Part shown: positions 1 to 13,680 of the stretch, in pieces
Numbering within the stretch: position 1 is the first letter of the stretch
How the letters are laid out: every line of letters begins with the position of its first letter
Source of the DNA: Torpedo marmorata
Lineage: Eukaryota
Direction: 5' to 3'
Assembly: GCA_977017645.1 (NCBI GenBank)
Contig: OZ360241.1
Span: forward strand, 35,836,001 to 35,900,000
Length of the DNA stretch: 64,000 nucleotides
Notes under the pieces: generated by a model
Database searches by the model: none
The model's input: only the letters and a program-made list of their open reading frames with translations
What the model was told of the DNA's origin: nothing
Made by a program: the position numbers and the translations under genes

Positions 1-359
1 TAGTCCCACCTTCCTGTATTTGGCCCATATCCCTCTCAACCCATCTTATCCAAGTATCCGTCCATGGTGATTTCTGCTTACATCCAAGGCATTTGAGAAT
101 GTCTTACTTGAACTCAGTTGCAACTCAAAGGAGGAGACCATGTCAGTTGCTTTGGGCAATACCTGGACCCAACATTTGTCCTTCAAACAACGAGAAACTG
201 GAGGGGCTCAGCAGGTCAGGCAGCATCCTTGGGTAGAAACAGCCACTCAACTTTTCGAGTGGGTTTAAGCCTGCCTGGAAGGAATATTATGCATCATTCC
301 TCAAGTTTACATTTGGCCTCACCCAGGCAACAAATGAGCAGAGGACAGGCACAACTGTG

Positions 360-610
360 TAGGAATGCTGACAGGAATTGAAATAGTTGGCTACCGAGAG
401 CCTTGGCTTAGACCCACAGACAGAGTACAGGTGTTCAGTGAAGCATTCACCAAATCTGCTTTTGGTTTTACCAGGTATACCGAATATAGATCACATTGGA
501 TGACGTGCATGTTAAGCTCTGCCTCGCCTGGAAGGTCAGTTTGTGGCCTTGGATGGAGATTGGGGACAGGGCATTTTGCACTTTCTGCAGCTACAGTGGA
601 AATTGCCTGG
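360..610 (-). mobile_element. Degenerate Penelope-like element, GIY-YIG endonuclease fragment
   Basis: Minus strand reads ...GKTKSRFGECFTEHL..., homologous to the Penelope endonuclease at 46400-46726. Confidence 0.6.
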
Positions 611-1150
611 GGAGAAGGGGGGGGGGAAGGGGTGGAGGGAGAAAATTGAATGGGGAGGGAAGAGCAAACCAGGGAGTCTCTGGGAGACTGGTCTCTGTGA
701 AAAGCAGGTGGGATTGGGGAGGGCTAATTATTTTCTCTCATTTCCCTCAAGTTTCCTACTGACTCCATTCCCACTCACCTTCATGCCAGTGAAGTTTCAC
801 ATCATGATCACTGCATGCACAATTACATTTGTTAAATTAAAAATACTAAATTCAGCCCGTGATTCAAAAGAGGAAAAAATCTAGCAGATACAATGAAAAA
901 CAGCATTAGGTCCACATCCAAAAGCCTCCAAGGAGTCCTAACGTTACAGTACATTCCAGTTTTACCATCCCACAGCCTTGAGGCGATTAAGACAGAATAA
1001 ATTTCTTGAAAGCAAAACTCACCACAACCCAACAGATGATTTTGCCCAAATTACCTCAACTACAGGGATTAAGCAACATTTCACTCCTTGATTAACAAGA
1101 TGCTCAATTCAAATCAAGAGCTCAAATGTCTTATGTCAGTATATCAGTCT

Positions 1151-1395
1151 GGGGCAGCATGGATAGTGTAGCGCTTAGCGCAACACTGTTACAGCGCCAC
1201 CCCGATCAGGACTGGGGTTCAAATCCTGCACTGTCTGTAAGGAGTTTGTATGTTCTCCGTGTCTGCGTGGGTTTCCTCCGGTGGCTCGTTTCCTCCCACC
1301 GTTCAAAACATACCGGGGGTTGCAGGTTAATTGGGCAGCACGGGCTCGTGGGCCAAAATGGCCTGTTACCGTGCTGTATGTTCGAGTTTAAAATT
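1151..1395 (+). mobile_element. tRNA-derived SINE (HE1/V-SINE-like)
   Basis: B-box-like GGTTCAAATCC, body TGTAAGGAGTTTGTATGTTCTCCGTGTCTGCGTGGGTTTCCTCCGG, CR1-like 3' end GGCCTGTTACCGTGCTGTA; more than 10 related copies in the window. Confidence 0.85.
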
Positions 1396-4300
1396 TAATC
1401 TTATAACCCTTTTCAACTGTTAATACGGAAATACAGAACAAGGCAGCAATGCCATGAGGATAGTGATACTCATCTTGGTTGAAGCAGGACTGCACCATCA
1501 ATGACATCACCCATGAATGGTGTAATTGGAGAGAGAACAGGGAAAGTTAATTTGCCTCCCAATTAAACAAATGAATGCAGCTCCGCCTGTTTTGTCAGAG
1601 AGACAATAACAAAACCACACAGAAACAGCCTTGAACTGGAACCTAGTTTCTAGTTCTGGAAGACAAGAATCTCTGGGTGCTCTGTGGCATCAGTAGGTCA
1701 TCGGAGCAGCTTTCTTTTTGTTTTTAGAACCCTTCAGACTGTTGAAATTGATTTTTCTTGTCATTGTGTTTCCGCTGGTGTTGCAGTTTTGAAGGACAGG
1801 TGATGAGATTAACCAGTGAAGGTAGAGCAGTGGTTGGTCCAACAATCAGCACCTGGTGTGGCGACTGCAAATGTCACAATGCAGGACCTCCATCCAAAAC
1901 GGACAATTTCCCTCCCCCAACCCACCCCCCACCACAGATGCTGCCTAACCTGCCAAATTCCTTCTAGTTTGCTTTTGCTCCAGATTACAGCATTTGCACT
2001 CTTACATCCACAGAGAGCCTATCAAAAATATGCATTTTCCACATTCAAGGGGCAAGCCATTTCACAGCAAAGAGACACTACTAACAATAAAATTCACCAC
2101 GGCCTCTCATGAGTCACAACCTTTACGTGTCCGAGCAGGAAAAAAACGTCTGAAAATCAAGAGCTCAAACACAGCACTAAGCTCATGATCCAGTCAGTAG
2201 TGGAAGTGAGTGTTTTCTTCAGGGTCATGAACTAACTACAGCAGGCATCTCAAATCCATTGCTGAGAAAAGCCCAGCAAGGTTTACTTCCTTTCCAACAG
2301 AGGAAGAGAGGAAAAAATAATAAAACAATTAAACATTCCAGAAGTTAGAAAACTAAAGTGGCGTTGCAAAACTATTATTGCCATTGACGCCATGAAATAT
2401 ACCCCACTATTTTAATGCAACAGCTTTGAATGGATCACGACACTTCACATCTGATTTAAAATGTTTGATAATGAGAGAGATCGTCACATGCACAAGTTCA
2501 ATGAAGAGAGATGTATCGAAATTCTTGCTTGCTGCAGCCACCTAGGCACACACCAAATACAATCATACAAATTACCAAAATGTGCTACAACAGAAAAAGA
2601 TAAATATAAAAGTATAAATATTCACAGTTGCAATGAGTGCAAAATGTGACATTTCCACAATGCAGACAGATCTTTTCGTGGCACTTGAATACTTTTTGGT
2701 TTGGGTAATTCAGGGAGGTTCAAGAGCCTGATACCTGTTTAAAAGAAAACTGTTCTTGAACCTAGAGGTGCCAGACTGGAATTTCTTTTCTGTTGATTTG
2801 TCAAAGATCAGATATCACAGGTTTTTGGGCCATAATGCAGGTTTACAGTTTGGCTGAAGGTGATACAATACTGCCATTGATGTGCACCTGCTATCTCCCT
2901 GTAAACTGCAAGCCATCAGGAAACCAAAATAATTAAACATACAACACTCTTTCCTGACATCACACACTTCCAAAAAGGGATGAAAGCACAGAAGTTGCCG
3001 TCATGATGGAGTCATCAAGGCGACATGCCAGGAATGTTTACTTGAAAATCTCTTAAATGGGTCAGACAAAGAGTTTGAACTGAGGTGTTACTAGTGATTA
3101 GATGAGATAAGTGTGAAACTATTAGGTTTTTTTTTGTCTCAGGTCTGCTCATTTCCTGCCTTCCAAATGACTGGGGAATGCCCAGTATTATTCCTGAAAC
3201 TTCACCCAGAGAAAAATCTCTGTCATTAGACCACTATCTCAATGCATGGGAACAAAAGAGAGATGAACAGCAGTTCACAAAACAATCTGTGGTTTCTGCA
3301 TGGCGAGAACAGTGCTCAGACTTAAACTCCAAAAATCAGCTTGGAAGTGCTACCTTGATTTCTTTCAACACTAGTTCACAGAAACATTCACATTAAGTTT
3401 GTTTATTCAATTTTGTTCAAAGAAACTGTTCAATACCACTGATACAAGAATGGATCAAACAGATTTAGAAACAACTCAACCACATTTGTATAGTGTAGTG
3501 GTTTTAAAACTCAAAAACTTTTACAAGCATGTCAAACAAAGGCACAAGGAAAATCTAGATGTCAGGCCAAAATAGGTGACCACAGGTTTGATGGAAGAGG
3601 CAAGTTTCAAAGGAGGGAAGGGAGGCAAAGTAACATGGATGTTCCAGAGTGGGGCAGGTGAAGGAATGAAAGGATACAAGGGGTCAACTCCTTCAAAACT
3701 AAAATTCTGCTTTGTATTGTAATATGTGCAAGCATCGATTGCATACATTTACATTTTCCTTTTGGAGACGATTCCATATACAAAATCCGAGCTTTAGAGG
3801 TAGGCGGATTCCAGTGCTATGAAGTTTAGATTATAGTGACATTGCTTTTTCCTCACAAGTTTTAAATAATTTTATCTCTTTGGTTCATTCATGAAATATT
3901 CAAAAAGTCAAGTCATTGCAACCTGCATTCCATTTTTATTTAGGAAAGCAAAAATTTTAGCCCAATGAGTAGATCTTTTCAATATGGTGAATGAAAGCTA
4001 ACGTCACTATGACTCTCCTTAAAATTACACTAGAGTCCATCAAATCAACAAAGGAAGTTCAGTAACAATTTAGAATTCTTTAGTTGTATAGCAATACACA
4101 AACTTATTTATTTATATACAGAAACAATCTTGCCATCATATCGCTGGTGGAATTGTGAAATATATGAATGAATGGCGATTACCATCATGCACTATCCAAC
4201 TCTGGAGATGGAAAAAAAGCTAAGATTTAAAAGAATAAATCACCAGTTACTGCAGAAAACTTTTAAGTCACCACTAAAACACCAAAAATACAGGAACTGA

Positions 4301-4396
4301 ATTTTGGCCTACGATTCAACCTCAGAGACTCTGATGACTTTCACTTCTATGGTTTAAAGAGATCAACATCCCTCTGTTTGAACAGTCCTGCAATAT

Positions 4397-4630
4397 AAAG
4401 AAGTAAAAACACAATGCTGGAGAAACTCAGTAGGTCAAACCGTGTACTTCATATAGCAAAGATAAAGCAGGTTCGGGCGCTTGCCTACATTTTGCTCATA
4501 CCTTGATGAAGGGCGCAAGCCTGAAATGTAGGTTATTTATCTTTGCTATATAAAGTACACTGTTTGACCTGCTGAGTTTCTCCAGCATTGTGTTTTTACT
4601 TCAACCAGTGTCTGCAGACTTTTGTGTTTT
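4397..4630. mobile_element. Short palindromic Penelope-derived non-autonomous element
   Basis: Inverted arms (ACAATGCTGGAGAAACTCAG / CTGAGTTTCTCCAGCATTGT); 13-bp TSD AGTCCTGCAATAT at 4384-4396 and 4631-4643. Confidence 0.8.
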
Positions 4631-5709
4631 AGTCCTGCAATATGATAGGCTACAAGAGAATTTGGCTTGTGCCAAATCGACATATACACAGATGCTAAAA
4701 ACATTCTCAGTCATCCCACATATTTCCAAACCCTTCATGTTGGCCGATTTTGAAAATCCATATTCTGAATTAGTCAAGATTGCAGGAATACAAAAATTAT
4801 TAAAAACTATTGAAAAGACATATATAGTACTTTGCATTTTTGTTATTTAGATCATTTTCTGGTTAAAATCATTGTGATTTTAGAAGGAAAATATGTTTGA
4901 ATGTCAAAAGGGCTGTCATGATTAGAATCTTAAAATAGAAATAATTTGACATGGGGAACATTTCTTGGTTACAATGAAGTGACAGGATCAGATCAGGCCA
5001 AGCCTACAACAATGAGAAGTTCTTTAAACCTTGTGGCACTTATTTTGAAATTCCTTCCCAGCACATGGCTAACTCATCGCAAAGGTTTGGCCATGGATGA
5101 ACAATGATTACTGACCGGCTCCTCAGAACGTTAATAACTGTCCAAGAACTCATGCCCAAATATTTATCAAATGGCTCGAAACCTGCTGGACTTCGGGGTT
5201 TTGAAAATAACTATTTATCATCTATTATCAAGCTGTAATCAGCTTCTTAACCTTCACAACCTGAATTTTTGGACGTTACTACTTTGATGTTTAGCAAAAT
5301 GAAAACAATCATGAAATTACAAAGTACACGCACATGTAATCCCATTCATTCTGGAAATTATATGACCCACATGAAAACAGAAGTTATTACAAGCACACAA
5401 AGAAAATGTTGTGTCATTTAAGGAAGTATCATTAATATATCAACAGGCCACAAAGGAACCACTGCCCCAAGCAATCAGTTAAAAGTCCAATAAATTCTCT
5501 GTCTCAACATTGGAAAGACTCTCTGATGTAGGGCAATTGCTATACAAAACTCTGCCTTATAATCTGAAACCCTTTAAACAAAGAACATCTTGCATTTTTA
5601 TGTGGTTACTTCAATGCCAAAAAAAGTATTCCAAGGTGCTGCACAGGAGCATCATCAAAGATAATCTGGCAAGTCACGATGGAGAGAAAAAAAGTGCTGC
5701 TACCATAAA

Positions 5710-6024
5710 CAGTAAAAGTCCTAAAATCCAGACTGCTTGGGGATTGGGTCTGTCCAGATTTTCCAGATTCTCGGGCAGTACTTTTAAAATTCAAAATAAA
5801 GAGATGACTGGAAAATTTTGATAGTTTATTAACAAAAAATTTTCATATAAAATACAAAGTACAAAAAATATATATATTCGTTCATTTCCGCGACTTCTGT
5901 GCATCTGTTTTTTTTTTTTTTACGCATGCACGCACACAAAAGCCCCCTAAATTTAAAAAGTTTGAGAAGTCCGGATTCTCGGGTGGTCCGGATTTCTGGC
6001 ATCTGGATTTTTGGACTTTTACTG
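5710..6024. mobile_element. MITE, probably pogo/Tigger-like
   Basis: 23-bp TIR with 1 mismatch: CAGTAAAAGTCCTAAAATCCAGA (5710-5732) versus the reverse complement of 6002-6024; flanks are AA rather than TA. Confidence 0.7.
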
Positions 6025-7544
6025 AAGTTGGGAAAAAAAGAGCAGTGTTAAAGGACATGCTTAAAAATGAAGGAGAAGAATGGAAAAGATATTTATGGAG
6101 GGAATGCCAGTTTTAAACCTGGCAATAGAAAGTATTACTGTACTACCAACAGTGGACCAACAAAAGTAAAGACACATCTCAGAGTTCTTAGAGCTGGGGG
6201 AGGGGACAGAGACAGGTAGAGGAATGAATGAATGAATGAATGGCAAGTCCAATGAGGGATTTGAGACAAGTGCTTTAAAGGACTTTTCTCAACTAAGAAC
6301 CAGCAAGCATGTGGGTGACTTAGGTGTTTAAAGAGGATGCAAGTTTGGAAGATCACCAAGGGTGCAATGGAACAATAAAACTTCTAGGTAAAAAGACAAG
6401 CTGCACAAAGCAAGAGTAACTTGCAAAGGTGAATATACAGTGCCCATCAACCTTAGTTGGTTCTGAAATTTACGCCCCACATATCTCAGTTTTAAAACTT
6501 GCATGACAACCACGTAAAAGCATCAAAACAATTTGTACCGTTTTACTGTGCCATGTTAATAATAGCATTATACTTGGAGTAAAACAATGAGGCAACTACT
6601 AAATACAGTGCAAAAACAGCAGTCATTCCTGAACAGGGTCACACATCTACTTTGACAGTCAGCTATCTTACAAAGGGGACCTGGGGAAAAAAAAGAACAT
6701 TTCACTTGCCCAATGCCTACATGTCTAGAAGACTATGAAACCTTAAGCCAGGATTTAAAAAAACATAGCAAGCTGTGAAGTGAAAAAATGCAGAAAACCA
6801 CCAAAATACTAATAGTAACAAAAAAGTGTGATGATACTGGAGAGAGTGCAGAGATTTACAATGATTGCATCACAAAAGTTGTACGCTTCAAGCACAAAAT
6901 TCCTTGAGGGCGCAGAATGTAGTCATTCGGCCCATCATCTGTGTGAGCACCCAAGGCATTCCATTGGTCTCAATGTCCCCCACTCCCTCATTTCCCAGCA
7001 AACCATCGTCTCACATTCTCACAAACTAAGCGCATTGCACCGCCCATGATCATGTTGTTCACCGACACCAGGTGCATTATATCGTGGCAATTAACCCTTC
7101 CGCAAGTCTTTGGGAAACAACCTGGAAAACAAGGTGGGTGGAGGGGGTGGGAAAGAAAGAAAAAAAACAGGGAACCTCCATGCAGACAGCACCCAGATAA
7201 AGATTGAACCCAGGCAGAACTATCCGGTACACTGTCAGAGTACCCAAGGAACGCAGCAGGTGGAAGGGTGACAATTGTATACGCTTCAACCGCAAGCCTC
7301 AAAATAGAGCAAACAGGAAAAATTTTCTTTAAAAACATCCTTTTCCTGATTGAATCTGCGAGTGTCTCTGACAAAGCCAACATTTACTCCCCATCCCTAA
7401 AAGCTTTTAAACCAAGTAGTTTTCAAGCTATTCCAGAGAGCGCTGACCTTATTTATGGACCAGGAGTTACATTCTGGCAAGAGCAGCAAAAAAAATGGCA
7501 GTTTGTTACAACAGATTTTGAGTAATTTCACGATCACGACAAGA

Positions 7545-7680
7545 CTAGCTATCTTTTTTTAAAAATCCAGATTATTGATAGAATTTAAATTCCACAGCTG
7601 ACAATGTGGGAATTGAACTCCAGTCTACAGAACATTAGTCCATGCTTCTGGATTATTCGACCAGTAACATGACCACTGAA
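7545..7680 (-). mobile_element. Old tRNA-headed SINE fragment (SacSINE/DeuSINE-like)
   Basis: Minus strand reads CAGTGGTCATGTTACTGG..TAATCCAG..GAGTTCAATTCCCAC..GTGGAATTTAAATTC, resembling the head of a common shark SINE. Confidence 0.45.
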
Positions 7681-9441
7681 ACTCTGAGGAAGGTGGTAGA
7701 GACAAATCATCAATGCATTTAGAGAGCACTTGGATATATACTTAAAGAGTGGCAACTTTTCAGGGCTATGCCTTTAGTGTTGGAAGGAGGAATTAGATTT
7801 TTCCAAAAAGCACAGAAGGGCCTCCTTCTCTATCAGATTTCTATAGTTCTACCACCTCACCAACAAAGAAAATGCTGACAAAATTGTTCCCCCTGCAAAG
7901 AGCTTCACAGCATAGCTATAATATAAAAAAAAAACAAAATTTACAACCACATTAATACAAAGCAACAGATGCTGTGCAGGGACATAAAGGCAGTAATTCA
8001 ATCTCTGGATTCAACAGGCTTTCATAAACTCTTCAAGCTTTTCTGCTTTAGTTCAAGACAACAGCCAAAAACTGATTGAATTACATCTCCTACATCACTT
8101 CCGTGAGCAAGTGCAGCTTGTTTCTTTGGTTGGGGAGAGGGCTAGGGAGAAAAGGAAGGAAAGAAGATGGGAGCAGTTCAGAAGACTCCAGGAGAACTTT
8201 AATTAATATGCATGCCAATTTATTAGTGCTTGTTTTAGGTACATTTTATTCTTTGCAGGAAGTTATTGACTGCTCCTCTGCATCCCTCAAAAAGGCTTCA
8301 AGGGGCATTCTTAATTCAATGAAATAGTGCAACTAGAAATATGGCAAGACCAGCCTAAATGTTATTCTTCCCCCATTTCCCCACCAATCCCTGGAGACTC
8401 CCAAATGCCTGTAAACCTGTAAGTGATTAATGACAAGACTTAGTACACTTTGCAGCAAAAAACACTAAAATTACATAACTTTAATTATCCAAGCTTAAAC
8501 GAAACAAGTTTTCACATTTCTGCTCTACTATATTTTTCTCAACCCTTAAGTGCTTTCACACATTTTACTGCCTAGTTTAAAAATATATTCACTCTCCATC
8601 CCAAAACATTACTCAGTATGATATGGAAATCACAAATTAGGATTTTGTACAATTAAGAGAGGAAAGTCAATACACAGGCTGGATTTTGAGATGGGCTTTT
8701 AGTTCAGGTTTCAGCAACAAACCAGGAGTTTTAAAATGTGGAGTTTCATCATCTGATTCACTAGGATCTTGGAGCCAGAAACACAATTTACAAGACATCA
8801 ATCTCAATGTTACACGTGAATAATATTACTACTGCAAATGTGCAACCATTCACGCAGAAATTAATCATCTTGCATTTTAACAGTGATATTGAAATACTGA
8901 CGTCAGGACACAATGCACCATGTTCAAAACAAACTTGGGAGGCTTTTCTTGCAGTGACACAGAATGAATCACTGGACAAAATGCCCACAGCTAAACAAAA
9001 AAATGCAGTTTCCATGAGAAGAGCAGATTTTTGACTGCTATTCGAAATGCAAGACAATTTTGCTGGAGTGAAAATCTCTGATGTTAGATTTTATCCAATT
9101 AGATGGGAAAATCATCAGGATAAAAAAAAGCAACATAATTCCTGTGATTATATTTTTCTTGTTTGTCAAAGCATTGCTTTTTGTTAGTTCAGCAAAAAAC
9201 ACTCAGGCTGATTTCCAAGGTAACCTACACCATATCACATTCCCCACTAATGTCTCAACTATGAACAACGAGTTATTTTTTAAAAATTGTTGATTTTAAA
9301 GACCTAAAGTAGAACCATTTCTTTCAACTTGCAACCTCCATATAATTCAGATCAGATTCCAAGTCTGAAGATATAAACTGTGCTGCAATACAATTCACCG
9401 ATAGAATACACTGGCCACTGCAAAATATGATCGCACGGTAC

Positions 9442-9514
9442 CTGTTCCCCCAAACTGGTTGCTTCCTAACGTGGTTGGACGATTTTTTCCATTGGAGGCA
9501 GGCGGGGAAAACAT
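9442..9514 (-). CDS. TCF12: TCF12 (HEB) second coding exon, 73 nt
   Basis: Acceptor TTTATTTCTTAG, encodes MFSPPASNGKNRPTTLGSNQFGGT(G), donor GTACCG; matches human TCF12 [24 protein letters not shown]; in frame with the upstream phase-0 exon. Confidence 0.95.
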
Positions 9515-9905
9515 CTAAGAAATAAAGAATAAAGTGTCACTTGAAAAAAAAAGGATTTTGCAAGAGAGTCTCCTGTCATTTCTCCAAAAATCAGTTTGAT
9601 CAACAATACCGCAAATTTTAAAAGCAACAGAATGTTTGTTTTCGTTAATCAAATTCGTTAAACCCACAACTAGCCATGCAATTTCATTCTTGTGCCACAG
9701 TGCAAGTCTATGAACTCCTTCAAAGTGTGCCATTCGCGCACCGGTTACATTATTTCATCTGGACGACGATCTTGCAATACAGATTCTTGGGATCAAGTAT
9801 CTTTTTTTGAAAAAAAAAATGGAAACAAAAGATTGCCAAGTCCTGTACTGAATGTCTGACAGTATCATCAGCGCCGCCTCATTATGGCATTCCAGAAACT
9901 GTTCA

Positions 9906-10151
<246 letters not shown>

Positions 10152-10649
10152 TTAAAACACCCCTAAAGAAAGGTTAAAAAAAAGAAATGGAAAGCAAACC
10201 TTACTACCCTTGACCATACCGTGATGTTCATCACGAGATTCAAAATAGCCTCGCCGTCTAAGTTAATGGAGATTTGCCATTAAAAAAAAAACCAAAATGC
10301 AAACATCAATAAGTGCAAAAACAAGCTCACTTTTTTGTTATGTAAAGTCACCAGAAATTGGTGATGGATGGGGGACAAAGTAAAGGCATCTAACTTTGAC
10401 TGGGGGGTAAAATAAAAAGTTGAGGGCCCCGCTGTGAATGGCTCGGCCCCTGGCAATCGGGAATGGTTGGAGGAATCCAAGCCCAGGCACTCTCGGTCGC
10501 AGTCACACTGAGTGCATGTGCGCCCCTCGCCCCGCGAGAGGCTGCAGCAACTCCGGACGTGCCACTCCGGCCAAGGCACGGGTGACCGATCGCTTGCAGC
10601 CCAACCTACCGGGACCACCCCCTTCCCCTCTCCCACCCACCCCCACCAT

Positions 10650-11180
10650 TTTGTTCGGGCGCCTGCCCACATTTTGTCCATACCTTGATGAAGAACTCAA
10701 GCCCCAAACGTTGGTTATGTAAAAACACAATGCTGGCGAAACTCAGCAGGTCAAACAGTGTACTTTATATAGCAAAGATACATAACCCGAAACGTTGGTT
10801 ATATCTTTATTATATAAAGTACACTGTTTGACCTGCTGAGTTTCGCTAGTATTGTGGAACTACTGAGTTTCTCTGGCATTTTGATTTTACATAACCAACG
10901 TTTCGGGCTTCATCAAGGTATGAGCAAAATGAAGGTAGACGTACGAACTCGGCGTATTCTGCACAATCTAAGCCCCTGGCACAAAGCGAGTGCCAATCAA
11001 TATTCGGGGAAGTTAAAATCACTCATTACAGCAACCCTTACCTTGATGAAGGGCTCAAGCCTGAAACATTGGTGGTGTATCTTAATCTTTGCTACATAAA
11101 GTGCACTGTTTGACCAGCTGAGTTTCTCCAGCATTGTGTTTTTACTTCAACCACGGTGTCCGCAGACTTGAGTGTCTTAC
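10650..11180. mobile_element. Cluster of nested palindromic Penelope-derived short elements in the TCF12 5' intron
   Basis: Repeated arms ACAATGCTGG.GAAACTCAGCAGGTCAAACAGTGT and TTGATGAAGGGCTCAAGCC.GAAAC in both orientations. Confidence 0.75.
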
Positions 11181-12010
11181 CTTCCCTCCCCTTCCCCAAA
11201 ACCACCAGCGCTTCCCACTTCACTTGCACCCGTCCCCGAGGGCGCTCACACAACTTTCTGCCGGGCTAACAATAAAACTCCACGCCGTTTGTTTACCTCC
11301 TCGCTGAGCATCCGAGAGCCCAACATTCAACGGGGAGCACCACGGGGTTCCCTCGCCTGCCGCAGCGACCGTCACGCAACCTGCCCTTCGCGGCGGCTCG
11401 ATCTCCCGGCCAACTTTCGGGGCTATCTCATTGAAATTCTCACAGATTGCGCTGCACCGTAACAAATGCATTCCCAGCGGCCGACATATTTACCCTCTTC
11501 AACGCGATCACATTGTGAGGCGGGGAGATATCCCTGCGCCAACATCCGGGGGATCAGCCAAAATACCAGAAACAAACTGGCAGATTGCGACCGGTAACGA
11601 CGCTCCCCAAACTCTACGGAAAATCCCGTCGCAATTGGCGTGCAAGAGCGGCGGTGGAAATCCGGCTGGGGGCGGACGACCTCGCGGTTTTCTCGGGGAC
11701 AATATTCCGCGTAAGACGACAGCGGACTACTCGAGTGTTGTGGGTTCGCTTTGAGTGACGGCTGGCCGGCCAATCGGAGGGCCGGCCCGCCCTTGACGGG
11801 CACGTTGTCGGGGGGCGGCGCGCATCCCATCGGCCGGCAGCTGGCGTGATTGGTCAGCGGGTGGCGGCGGAGGAGGAGCAGCAGCGGCAGCGAGCGCTCG
11901 CGGCCACTTCGGGCGGCGGGAGGAGGTTGGTGGCCGGCTGGCAGAGAGAAGCGAGGGCGAGGGCAAGGAGGAGGGGGGCGGAGGCTGACTCCTAACCCGG
12001 TTTCTTCGCA
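11180..12010. promoter_or_regulatory. CpG-island promoter of TCF12, possibly bidirectional
   Basis: GC- and CpG-rich, about 1 kb upstream of the ATG exon; CCAAT at 11770-11774 (+) and 11849-11853 (-), several GGGCGG boxes, E-box CAGCTG at 11838-11843. Confidence 0.75.
11297..11420 (-). other. TCF12: Candidate non-coding exon 1 of TCF12 (5' boundary unknown)
   Basis: GAG|GTAAAC donor (plus strand 11291-11296) at the downstream edge of the CpG island; the ATG exon has an acceptor, so an upstream exon must exist. Confidence 0.35.
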
Positions 12011-12232
12011 AAAATAAAATGCACTGTGATAATTGCTGATGGAGATAATTGTTTAGTTGAGGAAATTGCCCAGAGTTCACGGTCTTTTTGCCAACTGGTG
12101 GGATCAGTGTTCCGAAAAAACGGGAATAAATATTTGGCAGGAAAAGGAAGTGGAGCTGCTTGGAATGGCGGTGATGTCATGGTTTCACTGGAGGCCTCAA
12201 GTCCTCCCGCCGAGTGTAGCCCCTTTGAGTGC

Positions 12233-13680
12233 TCCTCCTCGAGTTGTCCCCGGGCCTCCTCCCGAGTTGCCCCCTCCCGAGTTGCCCCCCCCCGGGCCTC
12301 CTCCCGAGTTGCCCCCCCCGGGCCTCCTCCCGAGTTGCCCCCCTCGCCACCGGGCCTCCTCCCGAGTTGCCCCCCTCCCCCCCGGGCCTCCTCCCGAGTT
12401 GCCCCCTCCCCCCCGGGCCTCCTCCCGAGTTGCCCCCCCGGCCTCCTCCCGAGTTGCCCCCCCAGTCCTCCTCCCGAGTTGCTGCCCCCTCCCCCCGGCC
12501 TCCTCCCGAGGTGCCCCCCCCTGGCCTCCTCCCGAGTTACCCCCCCCGGCCTCCTCCCGAGTTGCCCCCCCCGCCTCCTCCCGAGTTGCCCCCCCCGCCT
12601 CCTCCCGAGTTACCCCCCCCGGCCTCCTCCCGAGTTGCCCCCCCCTGGCCTCCTCCCGAGTTACCCCCCCCCCCGGCCTCCTCCCGAGTTACCCCCCCCG
12701 GCCTCCTCCCGAGTTACCCCGCCCCCGGCCTCCTCCCGAGTAACTCCCCCCCCGGCCTCCTCCCGAGTAACCCCCCCCCGGCCTCCTCCCGAGTAACCCC
12801 CCCCCCCCCGGCCTCCTCCCGAGTTACCCCCCCCCCGCCTCCTCCCGAGTAACCCCCCCCCCCCCGGCCTCCTCCCGAGTTACCCCCCCCCCGCCTCCTC
12901 CCGAGTTACCCCCCCCCGGCCTCCTCCCGAGTTACCCCCCCCGCCTCCTCCCGAGTTACCCCCCCCCCCGGCCTCCTCCCGAGTTACCCCCCCCCCCGGC
13001 CTCCTCCCGAGTTACCCCCCCCCCTCCTCCCGAGTTACCCCGCCCCCGGCCTCCTCCCGAGTAACTCCCCCCCCGGCCTCCTCCCGAGTAACCCCCCCCC
13101 CGGCCTCCTCCCGAGTAACCCCCCCCCCCCCGGCCTCCTCCCGAGTTACCCCCCCCCCGCCTCCTCCCGAGTTACCCCCCCCCGGCCTCCTCCCGAGTTA
13201 CCCCCCCCGCCTCCTCCCGAGTTACCCCCCCCCCGGCCTCCTCCCGAGTTACCCCCCCCCCCGGCCTCCTCCCGAGTTACCCCCCCCCCCGGCCTCCTCC
13301 CGAGTTACCCCCCCCCCCGGCCTCCTCCCGAGTTACCCCCCCCGGCCTCCTCCCGAGTTACCCCCCCCCCGGCCTCCTCCCGAGTTACCCCCCCCCCTCC
13401 TCCCGAGTTACCCCCCCCCCTCCTCCCGAGTTACCCCCCCCTCCTCCCGAGTTACCCCCCCCTCCTCCCGAGTTACCCCCCCCCCTCCTCCCGAGTTACC
13501 CCCCCCCCTCCTCCCGAGTTACCCCCCCCCCTCCTCCCGAGTTACCCCCCCCCCTCCTCCCGAGTTACCCCCCCCCCCTCCTCCCGAGTTACCCCCCCCC
13601 CCTCCTCCCGAGTTACCCCCCCCCCGCCTCCTCCCGAGTTACCCCCTCCCACCCTGGGCCTCCTGAGTTGCCCCCCACCC
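12233..13680. repeat. C-rich minisatellite, unit about 20-26 bp (GG)CCTCCTCCCGAGT(T/A)(G/A)C(n), roughly 60 units
   Basis: Tandem array seen directly; variable C-run length. Confidence 0.97.

Noticed and set aside
1151-1240. tRNA gene
   Set aside because: The A/B-box sequence is the head of a SINE; no complete cloverleaf, and the SINE body follows.
12026-12852. Long Pro-rich ORFs (256, 228, 207 aa)
   Set aside because: Translation of the C-rich minisatellite; open in all three frames, no domain.
12233-13680. CRISPR-like array
   Set aside because: Eukaryotic context; inter-unit sequence is only variable poly-C, with no unique spacers.
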